Source of the DNA: Patescibacteria group bacterium
GTDB lineage: Bacteria > Patescibacteriota > Patescibacteriia > 2-12-FULL-57-11
Reading direction: 5' to 3'
Assembly (NCBI GenBank): GCA_004297205.1
Contig: SCUL01000001.1
Span: forward strand, 93,862 to 157,861
Length of the DNA stretch: 64,000 nt
Under the pieces are notes generated by a model that saw only the letters and a list, made by a program, of their open reading frames with translations, had not been told where the DNA came from and did no database searches. A program made the translations under genes and the position numbers. Positions 44,911-55,069 of this stretch are shown here, in pieces (positions within the stretch are counted from its first letter, which is position 1; each line of letters starts with the position of its first letter).

Positions 44911-46593
44911 ATGGCAAAAAAATCCAGCACCACCGCCCTGACTCCCGAACAACGCGACGCGCAGGACGCCCGTTACGCCCAGGGACACACGTACGACGTG
45001 GTGATCATCGGCACGGGCAGCTCGGCGCTGACCGCCGGTGCGCTTCTGGCCCACGCCGGTAAAAAGGTCTGCCTGCTGGAGGCGCATGACATTCCCGGCG
45101 GCTACGCCCAGACGTTCAAGGCCGGCGGCTTCGAGTTCTGCGCCCAGGTCCACTACATCTGGGGCTGCGCGCCCGGCGGCCGCATCTACGAATTCCTGAA
45201 ACGCATCGGTCTCGAGAACGACATCACCTTCGAGCTGTTTGATCCGGAGGGCTACGACCACATGGTCCTGCCGGACGGCAGGCGCGTGAAAATTCCCTAC
45301 GGCTGGGACAAGCTCGTGGAGAACGTCTGTGCGGCCTATCCCGACCAGCGCGTCCCGATGGAAAAGTTCGTCGGCGTGCTCCGGACGCTGCGCGACGAGT
45401 TCCGACATTTGCCGGCGCGCAAAGCCAAGTGGTGGGAGTACCTGCGCGCCTGGCGCGTCCGGCATATCATCAAATATCGGAAAGCCTCGCTCCAGGACCT
45501 GTTCGATGCGTGCAGGCTTTCCCGCGAAGCGCAGGCCGTGCTCGCCGCCAACGCCGGCGATTTCATGCTGCCGCCGGAGAAGCTCTCGCTCTTCATGTAC
45601 ATGGCGCTGTTCGGCGGCTACAACACCGGCGCCTACTCCCCCACCAAGCACTTCAAGTATTACGTCGAACGGTTGGCCCGCTTCATCACGGACCATCCGG
45701 GCTGCCACATCTATTACGAAACCGAAGTCACCGCGATCACCACCAACGGCGACCGCGTCAGCTCCGTCGGCACCAAAGACGGCAAAACGTTCACGGCCGA
45801 GACGTACGTCTGCAACGGCGACCCGCAGAAAATGGCCAAGATCATCGGCTGGGAAAAATTCCCGGCGGCCGAGCAGAAAAAACTGTCCTACCAGTATTCC
45901 GAGGCCGGCGTGGTCGTCTATCTCGGGCTCAAGGATATCGACCTGCGGAAGTTCGGCTTCGGCTCCTACAACATCTGGCATCTCGAAGGCTGGGACATGA
46001 ACCAGATGTGGCGCGAGATGGGCGCCTGCGACTTTTCCAAACCCTGGGTGTTCCTCTCCACGCCGACCTTGCACACCAGCGAAGGCGGAACCACGCCCGG
46101 ACCCGGCTACCAGATTCTGGAGCTGGCGTCGTTCGCGAACTATGCGCCGTTCAAGGATGCGCAGGACAAGGGGTATGCCGAATACTTCAAACTCAAACAG
46201 CGCGTCTCGGAACGGATGATCGACATCGCCGAAAAACGCTACATCCCGAACCTGCGCAAGCACATCGTCGTCAAACAGGTCGGCACGTCGACGACGAACG
46301 AGGATTTCGTGCTGGCGCCGAACGGCAACGCCTACGGCGCCGACATGATCCCCTCCCAGGTAACGCTGTCCCGCCTCAAGGCAACGACGCCCTTCAAAAA
46401 TTTCTGGTGGTGCAACGCCTCGAGCGGTTGGGCCGGCATGTTCGGCACGGTCTCGACCGGCATGAACCTGTACATGGACCTGACCGGCGACCGCTTCTTC
46501 GGCACGACTAAAGGCCCGACGGACGAGGAACTTATCGCGGCGCTGCCTCAGCCAGAGGCTGATCCGCCTCCGGCGGAGAAAACCGCGCGCTGA
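44911..46593 (+). CDS. FAD-dependent oxidoreductase, phytoene desaturase (CrtI)-like family
   Basis: YDVVIIGTGSSALTAGALLAHAGKKVCLLEAHDIPGGY is the dinucleotide-binding motif. About 560 aa. Confidence 0.7.
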   Translation: MAKKSSTTALTPEQRDAQDARYAQGHTYDVVIIGTGSSALTAGALLAHAGKKVCLLEAHDIPGGYAQTFKAGGFEFCAQVHYIWGCAPGGRIYEFLKRIGLENDITFELFDPEGYDHMVLPDGRRVKIPYGWDKLVENVCAAYPDQRVPMEKFVGVLRTLRDEFRHLPARKAKWWEYLRAWRVRHIIKYRKASLQDLFDACRLSREAQAVLAANAGDFMLPPEKLSLFMYMALFGGYNTGAYSPTKHFKYYVERLARFITDHPGCHIYYETEVTAITTNGDRVSSVGTKDGKTFTAETYVCNGDPQKMAKIIGWEKFPAAEQKKLSYQYSEAGVVVYLGLKDIDLRKFGFGSYNIWHLEGWDMNQMWREMGACDFSKPWVFLSTPTLHTSEGGTTPGPGYQILELASFANYAPFKDAQDKGYAEYFKLKQRVSERMIDIAEKRYIPNLRKHIVVKQVGTSTTNEDFVLAPNGNAYGADMIPSQVTLSRLKATTPFKNFWWCNASSGWAGMFGTVSTGMNLYMDLTGDRFFGTTKGPTDEELIAALPQPEADPPPAEKTAR

Positions 46594-47854
46594 CCTGGGC
46601 GGCGACACGCTTCCCGCAACGCAGCGCGCCTTCGGTCCAGGGACTGTTCAGCCAGTCGCCGGCGAAAAAGACGTTCTGCCCGCCCTGCCCGTGTTCCATG
46701 AACGTTTTCACGGCGCGCAGATGCCCGTGCGCGAACTTCGGCATGGCCAGCGGCCAACGTTCGAGGTCGTGTTCCCGCACGTCGGCCGGAGAGGAGACCC
46801 ACGGACAGATCGGGAGGAACGCTTTTTTCACGGCCGCAAAGATCTCGGCGTCGCTCTTGTCCATGATCTGCCGCGCGAAGTCCTCATGCAGCCAGAGGTT
46901 CAAGAGCGTGTCGCCGTCCTGCAGGGCGTCGTCGCCTTTCATGGCCTCATTGACGTAGCCGCAGATCTTTTCCGACTCGACGTACGGCACCCAGACCACG
47001 GCCGTGTCCGGCAGCAGCGCGCGCCGCACCCGGAAGGAAACGCTGATGGTCGCGGCGAAGCGGGAACCCGCCAGTATGTCGCGCTGCGCCGCCGTCGGAT
47101 TCTTGTACAGAGCGGCGATGGACGGCGCCGGCGCGGCGACGACAACGGCGTCAAACGCATCCTCCGAACCGTCGACGAAAACGCGCACCTGCTCCCCGCC
47201 CGTGACGGCGCTGACCGCGGCGTTCAAACGCACGTCGGGCAGACGCGCCGCCATGGCATCCGGCAACGCTTGCATGCCGCCGGCGGTGCGATGCAGATGC
47301 CAGCGGTCCTTGTCCTTTTGAATGGATTGCATGATGCCCAGGAGCGCACCCAGGCTGATCTCGCGGGCGCGGTGGAACTGGTAGGTCGTCGAGAACGCGT
47401 CCACGAAGTAGTCGCTGACCTCGCGGCCGGCGCGCACGCGCATGTAGTCATAGGCGTTGGCGTGGTCGTGGATGGCCAGGTCGTCGAGCCAGAGGAAATC
47501 GCCGACGTCGCGCATCAGCGCCTGTTGCGCGGCAAGACGCAGCTTGCTGAGCGGTCCGAGGGCGGCCTCGGGAGAAATGACCTTTCCTCCTTTGACGATG
47601 CCGTACTTCAAGAAACGCATCTTCTCCCAACCGACGCCGAACTCGCGGCAGGCGTCCTTGATGCCGTCGTACAGGTCGCACAGGTGGTCGGCGCCCAAAT
47701 CAAAGATGAAGCCGTCCTTGCTGCGGGACGACATGCGGCCGCCGACGTAGCCGTTTTTCTCAAACACCACCACGTCGAACCCCGCCTTCCGCAGATCGGT
47801 GGCGCAACTCAGGCCGGCGATGCCGGCGCCGATGACGGCAATCCGTTGAGGCAT
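46532..47854 (-). CDS. FAD-dependent amine oxidase / protoporphyrinogen oxidase (HemY)-like oxidoreductase
   Basis: IAVIGAGIAGLSCATDLRKAGFDVVVFEKNGYVGGR. It overlaps the convergent CrtI-like gene by ~62 nt. Confidence 0.7.
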   Translation of the reverse strand: MPQRIAVIGAGIAGLSCATDLRKAGFDVVVFEKNGYVGGRMSSRSKDGFIFDLGADHLCDLYDGIKDACREFGVGWEKMRFLKYGIVKGGKVISPEAALGPLSKLRLAAQQALMRDVGDFLWLDDLAIHDHANAYDYMRVRAGREVSDYFVDAFSTTYQFHRAREISLGALLGIMQSIQKDKDRWHLHRTAGGMQALPDAMAARLPDVRLNAAVSAVTGGEQVRVFVDGSEDAFDAVVVAAPAPSIAALYKNPTAAQRDILAGSRFAATISVSFRVRRALLPDTAVVWVPYVESEKICGYVNEAMKGDDALQDGDTLLNLWLHEDFARQIMDKSDAEIFAAVKKAFLPICPWVSSPADVREHDLERWPLAMPKFAHGHLRAVKTFMEHGQGGQNVFFAGDWLNSPWTEGALRCGKRVAAQVSARFSPPEADQPLAEAAPR

Positions 47855-47864
47855 GGGGAAACGA

Positions 47865-48116
47865 TCAGGAACCGGACGTCAGCATGTCCTCTTTTTCGAG
47901 GCGTGTCATCTGCTTGACGGCCGCCTCTTTTTTGCGCGCCGCGGTCGCAGAACGCATGGCCTGCGACCAGACCACGGTCACCGGCAACCGCGAGCGGGTG
48001 TACTTGGCGCCTTTCCCGGCGTTGTGCGCCGCGAGGCGCGCGGAAAGATCGTTGCTGATGCCGGCGTACAGCGTGCCGTCGGCGCAGCGCAACAAGTAAA
48101 CGTGCCAGCGGCTCAT
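47865..48116 (-). CDS. GIY-YIG nuclease domain protein (UPF0213-like, small)
   Basis: WHVYLLRCADGTLYAGISNDLSARLAAHNAGKGAKYTR. Start at the internal Met, and the ATGA start overlaps the ABC transporter gene. Confidence 0.7.
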   Translation of the reverse strand: MSRWHVYLLRCADGTLYAGISNDLSARLAAHNAGKGAKYTRSRLPVTVVWSQAMRSATAARKKEAAVKQMTRLEKEDMLTSGS

Positions 48117-49885
48117 GCCTCCGATCCAAGAAAGCCGCCCGCCTGGATGTTCCACAGGGTGGCGTACGTGCCTTTTTCCTGAAGCAACGTCTCATGCGTA
48201 CCCGTGGCGACGACGCGGCCGCGTTCGACGACCACGATGCGGTCCATTTCCATGATCGTGGACAGGCGGTGCGCGATAGCGATGACCGTCTTGTCGCGCA
48301 TCAGGGCGTGCAACGAGTCCTGGATCAACGCTTCGGATTCGGAGTCAAGCGACGAGGTGGCCTCGTCGAGCACCAGGATTGGCGCGTTCTTGAGGATGGC
48401 GCGGGCGATGGCCACGCGCTGGCGCTCGCCGCCCGAGAGCTTGATGCCGCGCTCGCCGACGTAGGTGCCGTAACCTTTCGGCAACGCGGCGATGAACTCG
48501 TCGCAATGCGCCCGCCTGGCCGCGGCGATCACCTCCTCGTCCGTGGCGTCGCGGCGGCCGTAGCGGATGTTTTCCATGAGCGTCCGATGGAAGAGCACCG
48601 GCTCCTGCGGCACGAGCGCGATCTGGGAGCGCAGCGAGTCCTGCGTGACCTTGGCGATGTCCTGTCCGTCGATCAGCACTTTGCCCTCCTGCACGTCGTA
48701 AAAACGGAACAGCAGTTTGGTGATGGTCGACTTTCCGGCCCCGGACGGACCGACCAGCGCGACCTTCTCGTGCGGTCTGATGGCCAGGGAGAAGCGTTCC
48801 AGGACCGGCTTGCGCCCGAAGGAGAAGGTGACGTTCCGGAAGGTGACGGCGCCGGACGTCACGCGCAACGGCTTGGCGCCGCGCGCATCCCGGACGCCGT
48901 GCGGCTGTTGCAGGATTTCCACCATCTCCTTACCGTCGGCGTAGGCGCCGAACAGATGGCGGAACGACCGGCTGATTTCCCAAACCTTATGGAACACCAG
49001 CGCCATGAAGGTCTGAATGAAGGCCAAATCGCCCAGCGAAAGGACGCCGGCGATCCAGGCGCGCACCCCCAGGTACATCAGGACGACTTCGATGACGATC
49101 ATCAGCACGCCCTGGATGGCGAAGATGGTGTCGTGACGCAACCAGCTCCGTATCTGGGCCCGGGCGCGGCGGCCGAGCACCTCGTCCAGTTTCTCCCGCT
49201 CATAACCATGCGCCGGGAACAGCTTGATGGTGACGGCGTTCGAGACGGCGTCCGCGAGCGCGCCGCCGACTTCGGAGTCGAGCTCCGCGCGCAGCGTGTC
49301 GGCCTGCACCGCCCAGCGCGCGGCAAGCACGTTGCAGAACAGGTACACGGCAGTCCAGGCCACGAACAGGACCGCCAACAAGGGCCATTGCAGTGCCAGG
49401 CCGACCGTCGCCGAAACGAGAACGATCGTCACCGGCAACATCCGGAAGGTGAGCTCGTCGGCGAACGTCTCAAAAGCCCGCGCCAGACGACCAATCTTCT
49501 TCACCAACGACCCGGCGAAGGTGTCGGCATAAAACTGGTACGAATGGCCGAGGAGGTAGTCGAACGCCTCCGACTCCAATTCGGCCATGACCGTCGGCTG
49601 GAGATTGTCGTTGATAAGCGCCTGGATGCGCCAACATACCCAGCCTGATACTTTGACCAAAACGAAGGCGGCAATGACCGGAAGGAAAAGGGCCATGGTG
49701 GCCACTGTGGGCGTCGTACCCTCGAGGAGGTCGAACAACCGCTTGATGATCCAAGGCTGCGCCGTTTCCAGTCCGATCGCGCCCGCCGTGAAGAGAAGCG
49801 TGAAAAACGTCCACCACGGATGGCGGAGCGCGGCGCGCACGAACAGCACGAAGACGTCCTTCACGGTGACCTGCTTCATAGCCAT
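48113..49885 (-). CDS. ABC transporter, fused permease/ATP-binding subunit (exporter type)
   Basis: Six TM helices, then Walker [10 protein letters not shown], signature [14 protein letters not shown] and Walker [10 protein letters not shown]. Confidence 0.85.
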   Translation of the reverse strand: MAMKQVTVKDVFVLFVRAALRHPWWTFFTLLFTAGAIGLETAQPWIIKRLFDLLEGTTPTVATMALFLPVIAAFVLVKVSGWVCWRIQALINDNLQPTVMAELESEAFDYLLGHSYQFYADTFAGSLVKKIGRLARAFETFADELTFRMLPVTIVLVSATVGLALQWPLLAVLFVAWTAVYLFCNVLAARWAVQADTLRAELDSEVGGALADAVSNAVTIKLFPAHGYEREKLDEVLGRRARAQIRSWLRHDTIFAIQGVLMIVIEVVLMYLGVRAWIAGVLSLGDLAFIQTFMALVFHKVWEISRSFRHLFGAYADGKEMVEILQQPHGVRDARGAKPLRVTSGAVTFRNVTFSFGRKPVLERFSLAIRPHEKVALVGPSGAGKSTITKLLFRFYDVQEGKVLIDGQDIAKVTQDSLRSQIALVPQEPVLFHRTLMENIRYGRRDATDEEVIAAARRAHCDEFIAALPKGYGTYVGERGIKLSGGERQRVAIARAILKNAPILVLDEATSSLDSESEALIQDSLHALMRDKTVIAIAHRLSTIMEMDRIVVVERGRVVATGTHETLLQEKGTYATLWNIQAGGFLGSEA

Positions 49886-49951
49886 ATTCTAGCACGACTC
49901 CCCTCCTTGACGCGTCCTCTCCGCGCTGGTAAGCCAGGGACGAGGTGTGAC

Positions 49952-51472
49952 ATGAACCCGACCGATCTCCGTTCGTTCTCCTACAGAATGAGCGCGACGC
50001 GACTCGGGGACATCACGTACCTTCCCGAGGAGCCGTCGCCGCACGCCTTCATCGGCGCGCATGAAGTCATACAGCAGCGGCTCGACCGGCTCCCCCCGGA
50101 GCTGGCGGCCGACATCCGCGCCCATCCGCGCGACCTGTACATCCGCATGGCCGTGGAAACGGCGGCGCACTTGGCGGCCTGGCCGCCGCACGGCGTGCCG
50201 CAATGGTTCGATGCGCTGCCCGAGGCCTACCGCCGCGAAGCGGAACGGCAGTACGCCATCCACGCCACGGAGGACCCGAACATCGCGCTCGGGTTCCCCT
50301 ACACGCGGCTCGGCGGGTACGTCGTGGACCTGGACGAGCGCGGCATGCTCGGGCAGGCCTACCACCTGTTCCGGCTGCAACGGCTGAACTTCATCCGGCA
50401 GCTGGCCTGGCTGACCCAGCCGGTCCTGCCGCAGGATGCGCACGACATCTACCCGGCGCGGTACGAACACAACCGGCTCAGCCACGTCGAAGATGTCGCC
50501 GCTGTCGCCAACCTGCTCGGCCACGGCCTCGGCTTGTCCGAGACCGAGGTCCGCACGCTGACCCTGGCGGCGATGACGCACGACGCGCGTACTCCGGCCG
50601 GCGGCGACACCACGAAGCTGCTCGACCGGGACTACTTCGACGAGGACAAGCACTACGGCGAACTCCTCGCGCGCGACGGCGTGGCCGACTTCCTCCGGGA
50701 GTTCGGCATCGACGCGGCCTTCCTCACGGCCACCGTGCAGGGAGAGGGGCTGCTCGGCACGCTCCTCGACCTGGCCGACAAGACGGCCTACCTCTCGCGC
50801 GACGCAGCCAGCTTCCACTACCGGTTCCGCAACGAGCTCGCGGACTGCCCGGAAGGACAGGCCGTCCACGACCTGCTCATCAAGCGGCCAGACGTCTGCG
50901 CCGCCTGGCGCTGCGCCGAGGTCCGCGGCGGCAAGCTCGTCCTCCGGGACCCGGAAGCGCTGGCCGAGATGCTGCGCCTGCGCGCGCTCCTGTTCCGCTC
51001 CCTGTATTTCCACCCGGGCGCGCGGTACACGGAGTGGATCGTCTCGCACATCGTTCTGCGCCATCTGGTGAAGAGCGGCGAGATCCGGAAAGAAGATCTT
51101 CTGGAATGGAACGACCAAGAGCTCGATCTGCACGTTCAGCGCTACACCAACTTCGGCCTCGGCAGCGTCTTCGGCGATCCCGTCTATGAAGGATTCGACG
51201 ACGAGGCCTCTGCCGAAGCGCGACGCACCGAGCTCCTGGCCGACAATGAAAACTGCGTGACCATCGAACGTCTGCCGGCGAAGATCGGCAGCGGCACCAA
51301 GTTCCTGGTGCTCGGACCACGGAAGCGGAAACCGTTGCCGTTGGCCGAGGCCTACCCGGAGCTCGCGGCCCCGGTCGACGCGCTGGCCCGCGTCGTCCAA
51401 CCCTACCGGCTGTACTGGGTGCCGACGGACTCGCTCCCCGGCCGCCTGCGGAAGTTCTTCGCGGACACCTGA
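49952..51472 (+). CDS. HD-domain phosphohydrolase family protein
   Basis: H...HD motif region NRLSHVEDVAAVANLLGH...LAAMTHDARTPAGGD. Start at the internal Met MNPTDLRSF. Confidence 0.65.
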   Translation: MNPTDLRSFSYRMSATRLGDITYLPEEPSPHAFIGAHEVIQQRLDRLPPELAADIRAHPRDLYIRMAVETAAHLAAWPPHGVPQWFDALPEAYRREAERQYAIHATEDPNIALGFPYTRLGGYVVDLDERGMLGQAYHLFRLQRLNFIRQLAWLTQPVLPQDAHDIYPARYEHNRLSHVEDVAAVANLLGHGLGLSETEVRTLTLAAMTHDARTPAGGDTTKLLDRDYFDEDKHYGELLARDGVADFLREFGIDAAFLTATVQGEGLLGTLLDLADKTAYLSRDAASFHYRFRNELADCPEGQAVHDLLIKRPDVCAAWRCAEVRGGKLVLRDPEALAEMLRLRALLFRSLYFHPGARYTEWIVSHIVLRHLVKSGEIRKEDLLEWNDQELDLHVQRYTNFGLGSVFGDPVYEGFDDEASAEARRTELLADNENCVTIERLPAKIGSGTKFLVLGPRKRKPLPLAEAYPELAAPVDALARVVQPYRLYWVPTDSLPGRLRKFFADT

Positions 51473-51508
51473 CAAGGTGTCCCTCTTTTTTGTGGTAGCA
51501 TCCTCGGC

Positions 51509-52756
51509 ATGCACATCGCCATCATCGGCGGCGGGGCGGCCGGACTCATGGCCGCCGCGGCCGCGCAGGAAACCACCCCCGCGGCCACCATCTCCCTCAT
51601 CGAGCGCAACCCGTCGCTCGGCAAGAAGGTCATCATCTCCGGCGGCGGACGCTGCAACGTCACGACCGGGCTCCACGATATCCGCGCCGTGCTTTCGCGT
51701 TACCCGCGCGGCGGCAAGTTCCTGTCCTCGGCCATGCGCCGTTTCCCGCCGGCCTGGACCATCGCCTGGTTCGAAGCGCACGGCGTGCCGCTCAAGACCG
51801 AAGAGGACCTGCGCGTCTTCCCCCGCTCCGACGACGGTAAAGACGTGGTGGCGGTCTTCGAACGGCTCTTCCGCGCGCCGGACTCGCACGTCCGTCCCCT
51901 GCTCGGCCGTCACGCCGTCGCCGTCGCCAAAACCGCGCACGGATTCGCGGTGTCGTTCCGCAGCGGCGCACCGCTCACGGCCGACCGCCTCATCCTGACC
52001 ACCGGCGGCCAGGCGTACCGGCAGACCGGTTCGACCGGCGACGGCTACGCCTTTGCTGAATCGCTCGGCCACCGCATCACGCCGCTCGCACCGAGTCTCA
52101 ACTCCTTCTTCAGCAAGGAGACCTGGCCCAAGGAACTGTCCGGGTTGTCCGTTCCCCGCGCCAAGCTCTCCGCGCCGGGCGTTCTGCACGCCGCGTACGT
52201 TGGCCCGTTCCTGTTCACGCACCGCGGCGTGAGCGGGCCGGCCGTCTTCGCACTGTCGGCGCTCGTGGCTTTCGAGCGCTTCGACGCCGCGCATCCCCTG
52301 CCGATCACCATCGACCTCTTTCCGGACGAAAAGGCGGAGGCGCTGGCCGCCCGACTGGCTGAAACATTCCGCGCCAACGGCAAGAAGAGCATCAAGACCG
52401 TCCTCGGTTTTCTGCTTCCCAAGGCGCTCGCTGCCGTCCTCGTCGCGGAAGTCGACGTGGAGGGCGAGGAACAGGCGGCGCAGGCATCGAAAAAAGACGT
52501 CACGGCATGCGTCCGCTGGATGAAAGGCATGCCGCTGACCGTCATCGGCCGCGGCGCCGGGGACGAATTCGTGACCGCGGGCGGCGTGGACACGGACGAG
52601 GTGAATCCGCGGACCATGGAGTCGCGCATCTGTCCCGGTCTCTTCTTCGCCGGGGAAATTCTGAACGTTGACGGCTTCACCGGCGGGTTCAACCTGCAGG
52701 CCTCCTGGGCTACGGGCCGCGTGGCCGGGGAGAACTCTGCCGGCGTGTTCCCGTAA
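51509..52756 (+). CDS. BaiN/HI0933-family flavoprotein (NAD(P)/FAD-dependent oxidoreductase)
   Basis: MHIAIIGGGAAGLMAA...ISGGGRCNVTTG...FFAGEILNVDGFTGGFNLQ. Confidence 0.8.
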   Translation: MHIAIIGGGAAGLMAAAAAQETTPAATISLIERNPSLGKKVIISGGGRCNVTTGLHDIRAVLSRYPRGGKFLSSAMRRFPPAWTIAWFEAHGVPLKTEEDLRVFPRSDDGKDVVAVFERLFRAPDSHVRPLLGRHAVAVAKTAHGFAVSFRSGAPLTADRLILTTGGQAYRQTGSTGDGYAFAESLGHRITPLAPSLNSFFSKETWPKELSGLSVPRAKLSAPGVLHAAYVGPFLFTHRGVSGPAVFALSALVAFERFDAAHPLPITIDLFPDEKAEALAARLAETFRANGKKSIKTVLGFLLPKALAAVLVAEVDVEGEEQAAQASKKDVTACVRWMKGMPLTVIGRGAGDEFVTAGGVDTDEVNPRTMESRICPGLFFAGEILNVDGFTGGFNLQASWATGRVAGENSAGVFP

Positions 52757-52763
52757 AAAACAC

Positions 52764-52788
52764 CCCCGCCACGGCGGGGGTATTTTTA
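52764..52788. terminator. rho-independent terminator CCCCCGCC-ac-GGCGGGGG followed by TATTTTTA
   Basis: Perfect 8-bp GC stem and T-tract, immediately after the stop at ~52754. It serves the convergent gene pair. Confidence 0.7.
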
Positions 52789-52802
52789 CGCGATCCTGCT
52801 CC

Positions 52803-53780
52803 CTACGGCAGGTTTACGTTGACGTTCAGATTGAGATTCGCGTTCGCGTTTGCATTGGCATTCACGTTCACGTTCTCATTTTCGTTCTCATTTTCGTTTT
52901 CGTTGTCGTTCTCATTGTCGTTTGTGTTGACGTTGACATTGGCGCGCGGGCCGGTACCCGTCGCCGCGCCCGAACCGACGCGCAACTCGATGCGCAGCCT
53001 CAGCTGGCTGGCGGCCATGATCTGGGCATCCTGGGCGGTACGATGGGCCTGGGAAGCCAGCTGGAAAGCCTCGCCGTTCGCCCCGGCCGCAAGTCGGGCG
53101 CGCGCCTCGACCAGCAGAGTGTCGGCGGCGGACAGACGCGCTTCGCCGCGGGCCGTCGCTTCGGCGGACAGACGCGCACGGACACCGGCAATGTAACGAC
53201 GGACCTCGGCGATCTTGTTGGTGGCGGCGCCGATGCGGCCCTCCGCCGCGGCCCGCACGTCGGCCTGCGCCTTCAGGCGCCCTTCGAGATCGACGCGGAT
53301 GCGCTCGAAGGCGCGTGCCTCCTCCCCCACGCGGCCCCGAAGCGCGGCGGTCTCGGCCGCCTCCGACTGGCTGTCGATGTCGGCTTCGAGCTGCGCCAAG
53401 ACCTGCTCATGTGCCTTGAGCGACGTCTCGAGGTTCGAGGCGATGTCGGCCGCGGCCCGCACGTCGGCGTCCTCCAGATCGTCAATCAGCGCCTGGACGC
53501 GCCCGGCATGATCGCTGAAGTTTGTCTCGACCTGGGCACGCGTCTGGCCGTCCAGCCGGCCGTCCACGGCCAGCCGTTCCGCTTCATTCAGCCGTTCCAC
53601 GGCGATCTCGCCGTTCGTGCCGGCCTTGGCTTCGGCCGAAACGGAGAGCCCGACGCGCACGCGCTCGTTGACCTGGACCTTGATCGGATGCAGGACGTCG
53701 CCGGGAAGGCTGGTGTTGGCGGCGACCGAAACGCCCCCGCCGAGGACCAGGGCTATGATGATAGCGATGATTGCGTTCAT
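52803..53780 (-). CDS. coiled-coil protein with an N-terminal TM anchor and a low-complexity Asn-rich C-terminus (DUF5667-like architecture). An alternative in-frame start at 53981 would add a 67-aa basic N-terminal extension.
   Basis: Start at MNAIIAIIIALVLGG with AAGGA upstream. Long Ala/Glu/Arg-rich heptad region. Tail NVNVNTNDNENDNENENENENENVNVNANANANANLNLNVNVN. The upstream in-frame MARYGKAAQKSVKRAVSKYKRRK... is K-rich and not junk-like. Confidence 0.55.
   Translation of the reverse strand: MNAIIAIIIALVLGGGVSVAANTSLPGDVLHPIKVQVNERVRVGLSVSAEAKAGTNGEIAVERLNEAERLAVDGRLDGQTRAQVETNFSDHAGRVQALIDDLEDADVRAAADIASNLETSLKAHEQVLAQLEADIDSQSEAAETAALRGRVGEEARAFERIRVDLEGRLKAQADVRAAAEGRIGAATNKIAEVRRYIAGVRARLSAEATARGEARLSAADTLLVEARARLAAGANGEAFQLASQAHRTAQDAQIMAASQLRLRIELRVGSGAATGTGPRANVNVNTNDNENDNENENENENENVNVNANANANANLNLNVNVNLP
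52806..52935. repeat. imperfect hexanucleotide repeat (~20 units, NNCGTT-type) encoding the (N-V/N-E/N-A) tail
   Basis: cgttcagattgagattcgcgttcgcgtttgcattggcattcacgttcacgttctcattttcgttctcattttcg... Confidence 0.6.
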
Positions 53781-54040
53781 ATAAACGAATCCTTTAGCGG
53801 CGCCGACGCGGGGCGGCGGCACCTTGGCGCCTTTCTTGCGCGCCATGGATAAACCAATAGCAATGGCTTGCGCACGGCTGCGGACCACGCGCCGCGCTTT
53901 GCCGCTGTGGAGTTTCCTTCTTTTATATTTGCTGACCGCCCGTTTGACCGACTTTTGGGCGGCTTTCCCGTATCTCGCCATACGCGGGAGAAAAGAAAAG
54001 GAGCAAGAATTCGATTATACACTTTTTGTGTCCCGCCGGA

Positions 54041-55069
54041 CTATACGATCTGCTCAAACAGCCGGGCGTAGGCCTGCCCCACCCGCCGCCGGTCGAAGCG
54101 CGTCTCCGCTTCCGTGCGGCATGCTTCACGAGAAAGACGGCCGACATTGCCGATCCTATCCTTGAAATCCTCAAAGGAGTCAACGATATAGCCGGTCACG
54201 CCGTCGCGCAACACCTCCGGCACGGAACCGTTGTTGAAGGCCACGACCGGCGTGCCGCAGGCCAGGGACTCGATCATCACCAGCCCGAACGCCTCCTGCC
54301 AGCGGCTCGGGAACAGCAGGGCTTTGGCGCCGGCGAAGAGGGCGGACTTTTCCGCCTGGCTGATTTCGCCGACATAGCGGATCTGCTCGCCGTCCACGAA
54401 GGAGAACACCTCCTTTTGCACGAAGGCCTCGTCTTCCTTCCGATACACGCCGGCGATGACCAGCCGTTCCCCGAGCTCGCGCGCCGCCCGAACGGCAAGA
54501 TCGACGCCCTTGTCGTGCGTCATGAGACCGATGAAAAGCAGATACCCGTCGCCCGGGGAGAAATCCGGGATATAGGCCGAGGTGTCGATCCCGTGCGGAA
54601 TGGTGGCGACGTAGTTCAGCGCGGGGGCCAACCGGCGCTGCGCCTCGCTGATCGACACGAACGGCCGGTCCTTAAAGCGCTCGGCCAGGTAGGGAAAGTC
54701 CGGCGGCTTGCTGCCGTGCAGCGTGGTGACGATCGGCGCGTCGACCACCCGGCTCAAGACGAGCGGATGGATACCGGCATGATTATGGATGACGTCGAAC
54801 TCGCCCGCGCGCGCCAGGAGCTCGTCGAACGCCAGGAACTCGTATGCCGGGACGGCGTTCCAGGAGAATCCGCCGAGCAGTTCGAGCATCGGCTTCCCGA
54901 TGACTTGCACCAGCGTGGCGGGGGTCTTCGATCCGCCGCAGGCGAACAGCGTCACCTCGTGACCCAACTCGTGCAGGGCCGTGGAGATGTCGGAGACGGC
55001 CAGCTCCGTGCCGCCGTATTTGGGCGGCGGGACCGGGACCCACAGCGGGGCGAATTCGGCGATCCTCAT
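54041..55069 (-). CDS. glycosyltransferase family 4 (GT-B, retaining)
   Basis: EAFGLVMIESLACGTPVVA is the EX7E region. 342 aa. Confidence 0.8.
   Translation of the reverse strand: MRIAEFAPLWVPVPPPKYGGTELAVSDISTALHELGHEVTLFACGGSKTPATLVQVIGKPMLELLGGFSWNAVPAYEFLAFDELLARAGEFDVIHNHAGIHPLVLSRVVDAPIVTTLHGSKPPDFPYLAERFKDRPFVSISEAQRRLAPALNYVATIPHGIDTSAYIPDFSPGDGYLLFIGLMTHDKGVDLAVRAARELGERLVIAGVYRKEDEAFVQKEVFSFVDGEQIRYVGEISQAEKSALFAGAKALLFPSRWQEAFGLVMIESLACGTPVVAFNNGSVPEVLRDGVTGYIVDSFEDFKDRIGNVGRLSREACRTEAETRFDRRRVGQAYARLFEQIV

Noticed and set aside
49889-52294. 801-aa minus-strand ORF
   Set aside because: It is antisense to the HD-domain and BaiN-like genes, with junk composition.
52806-52935. Possible CRISPR-like short repeat array
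   Set aside because: The units are 6 nt, imperfect and in frame inside a coding sequence, where they encode the N-V/N-E tail. No spacer structure exists, and no CRISPR array was found anywhere in the window.
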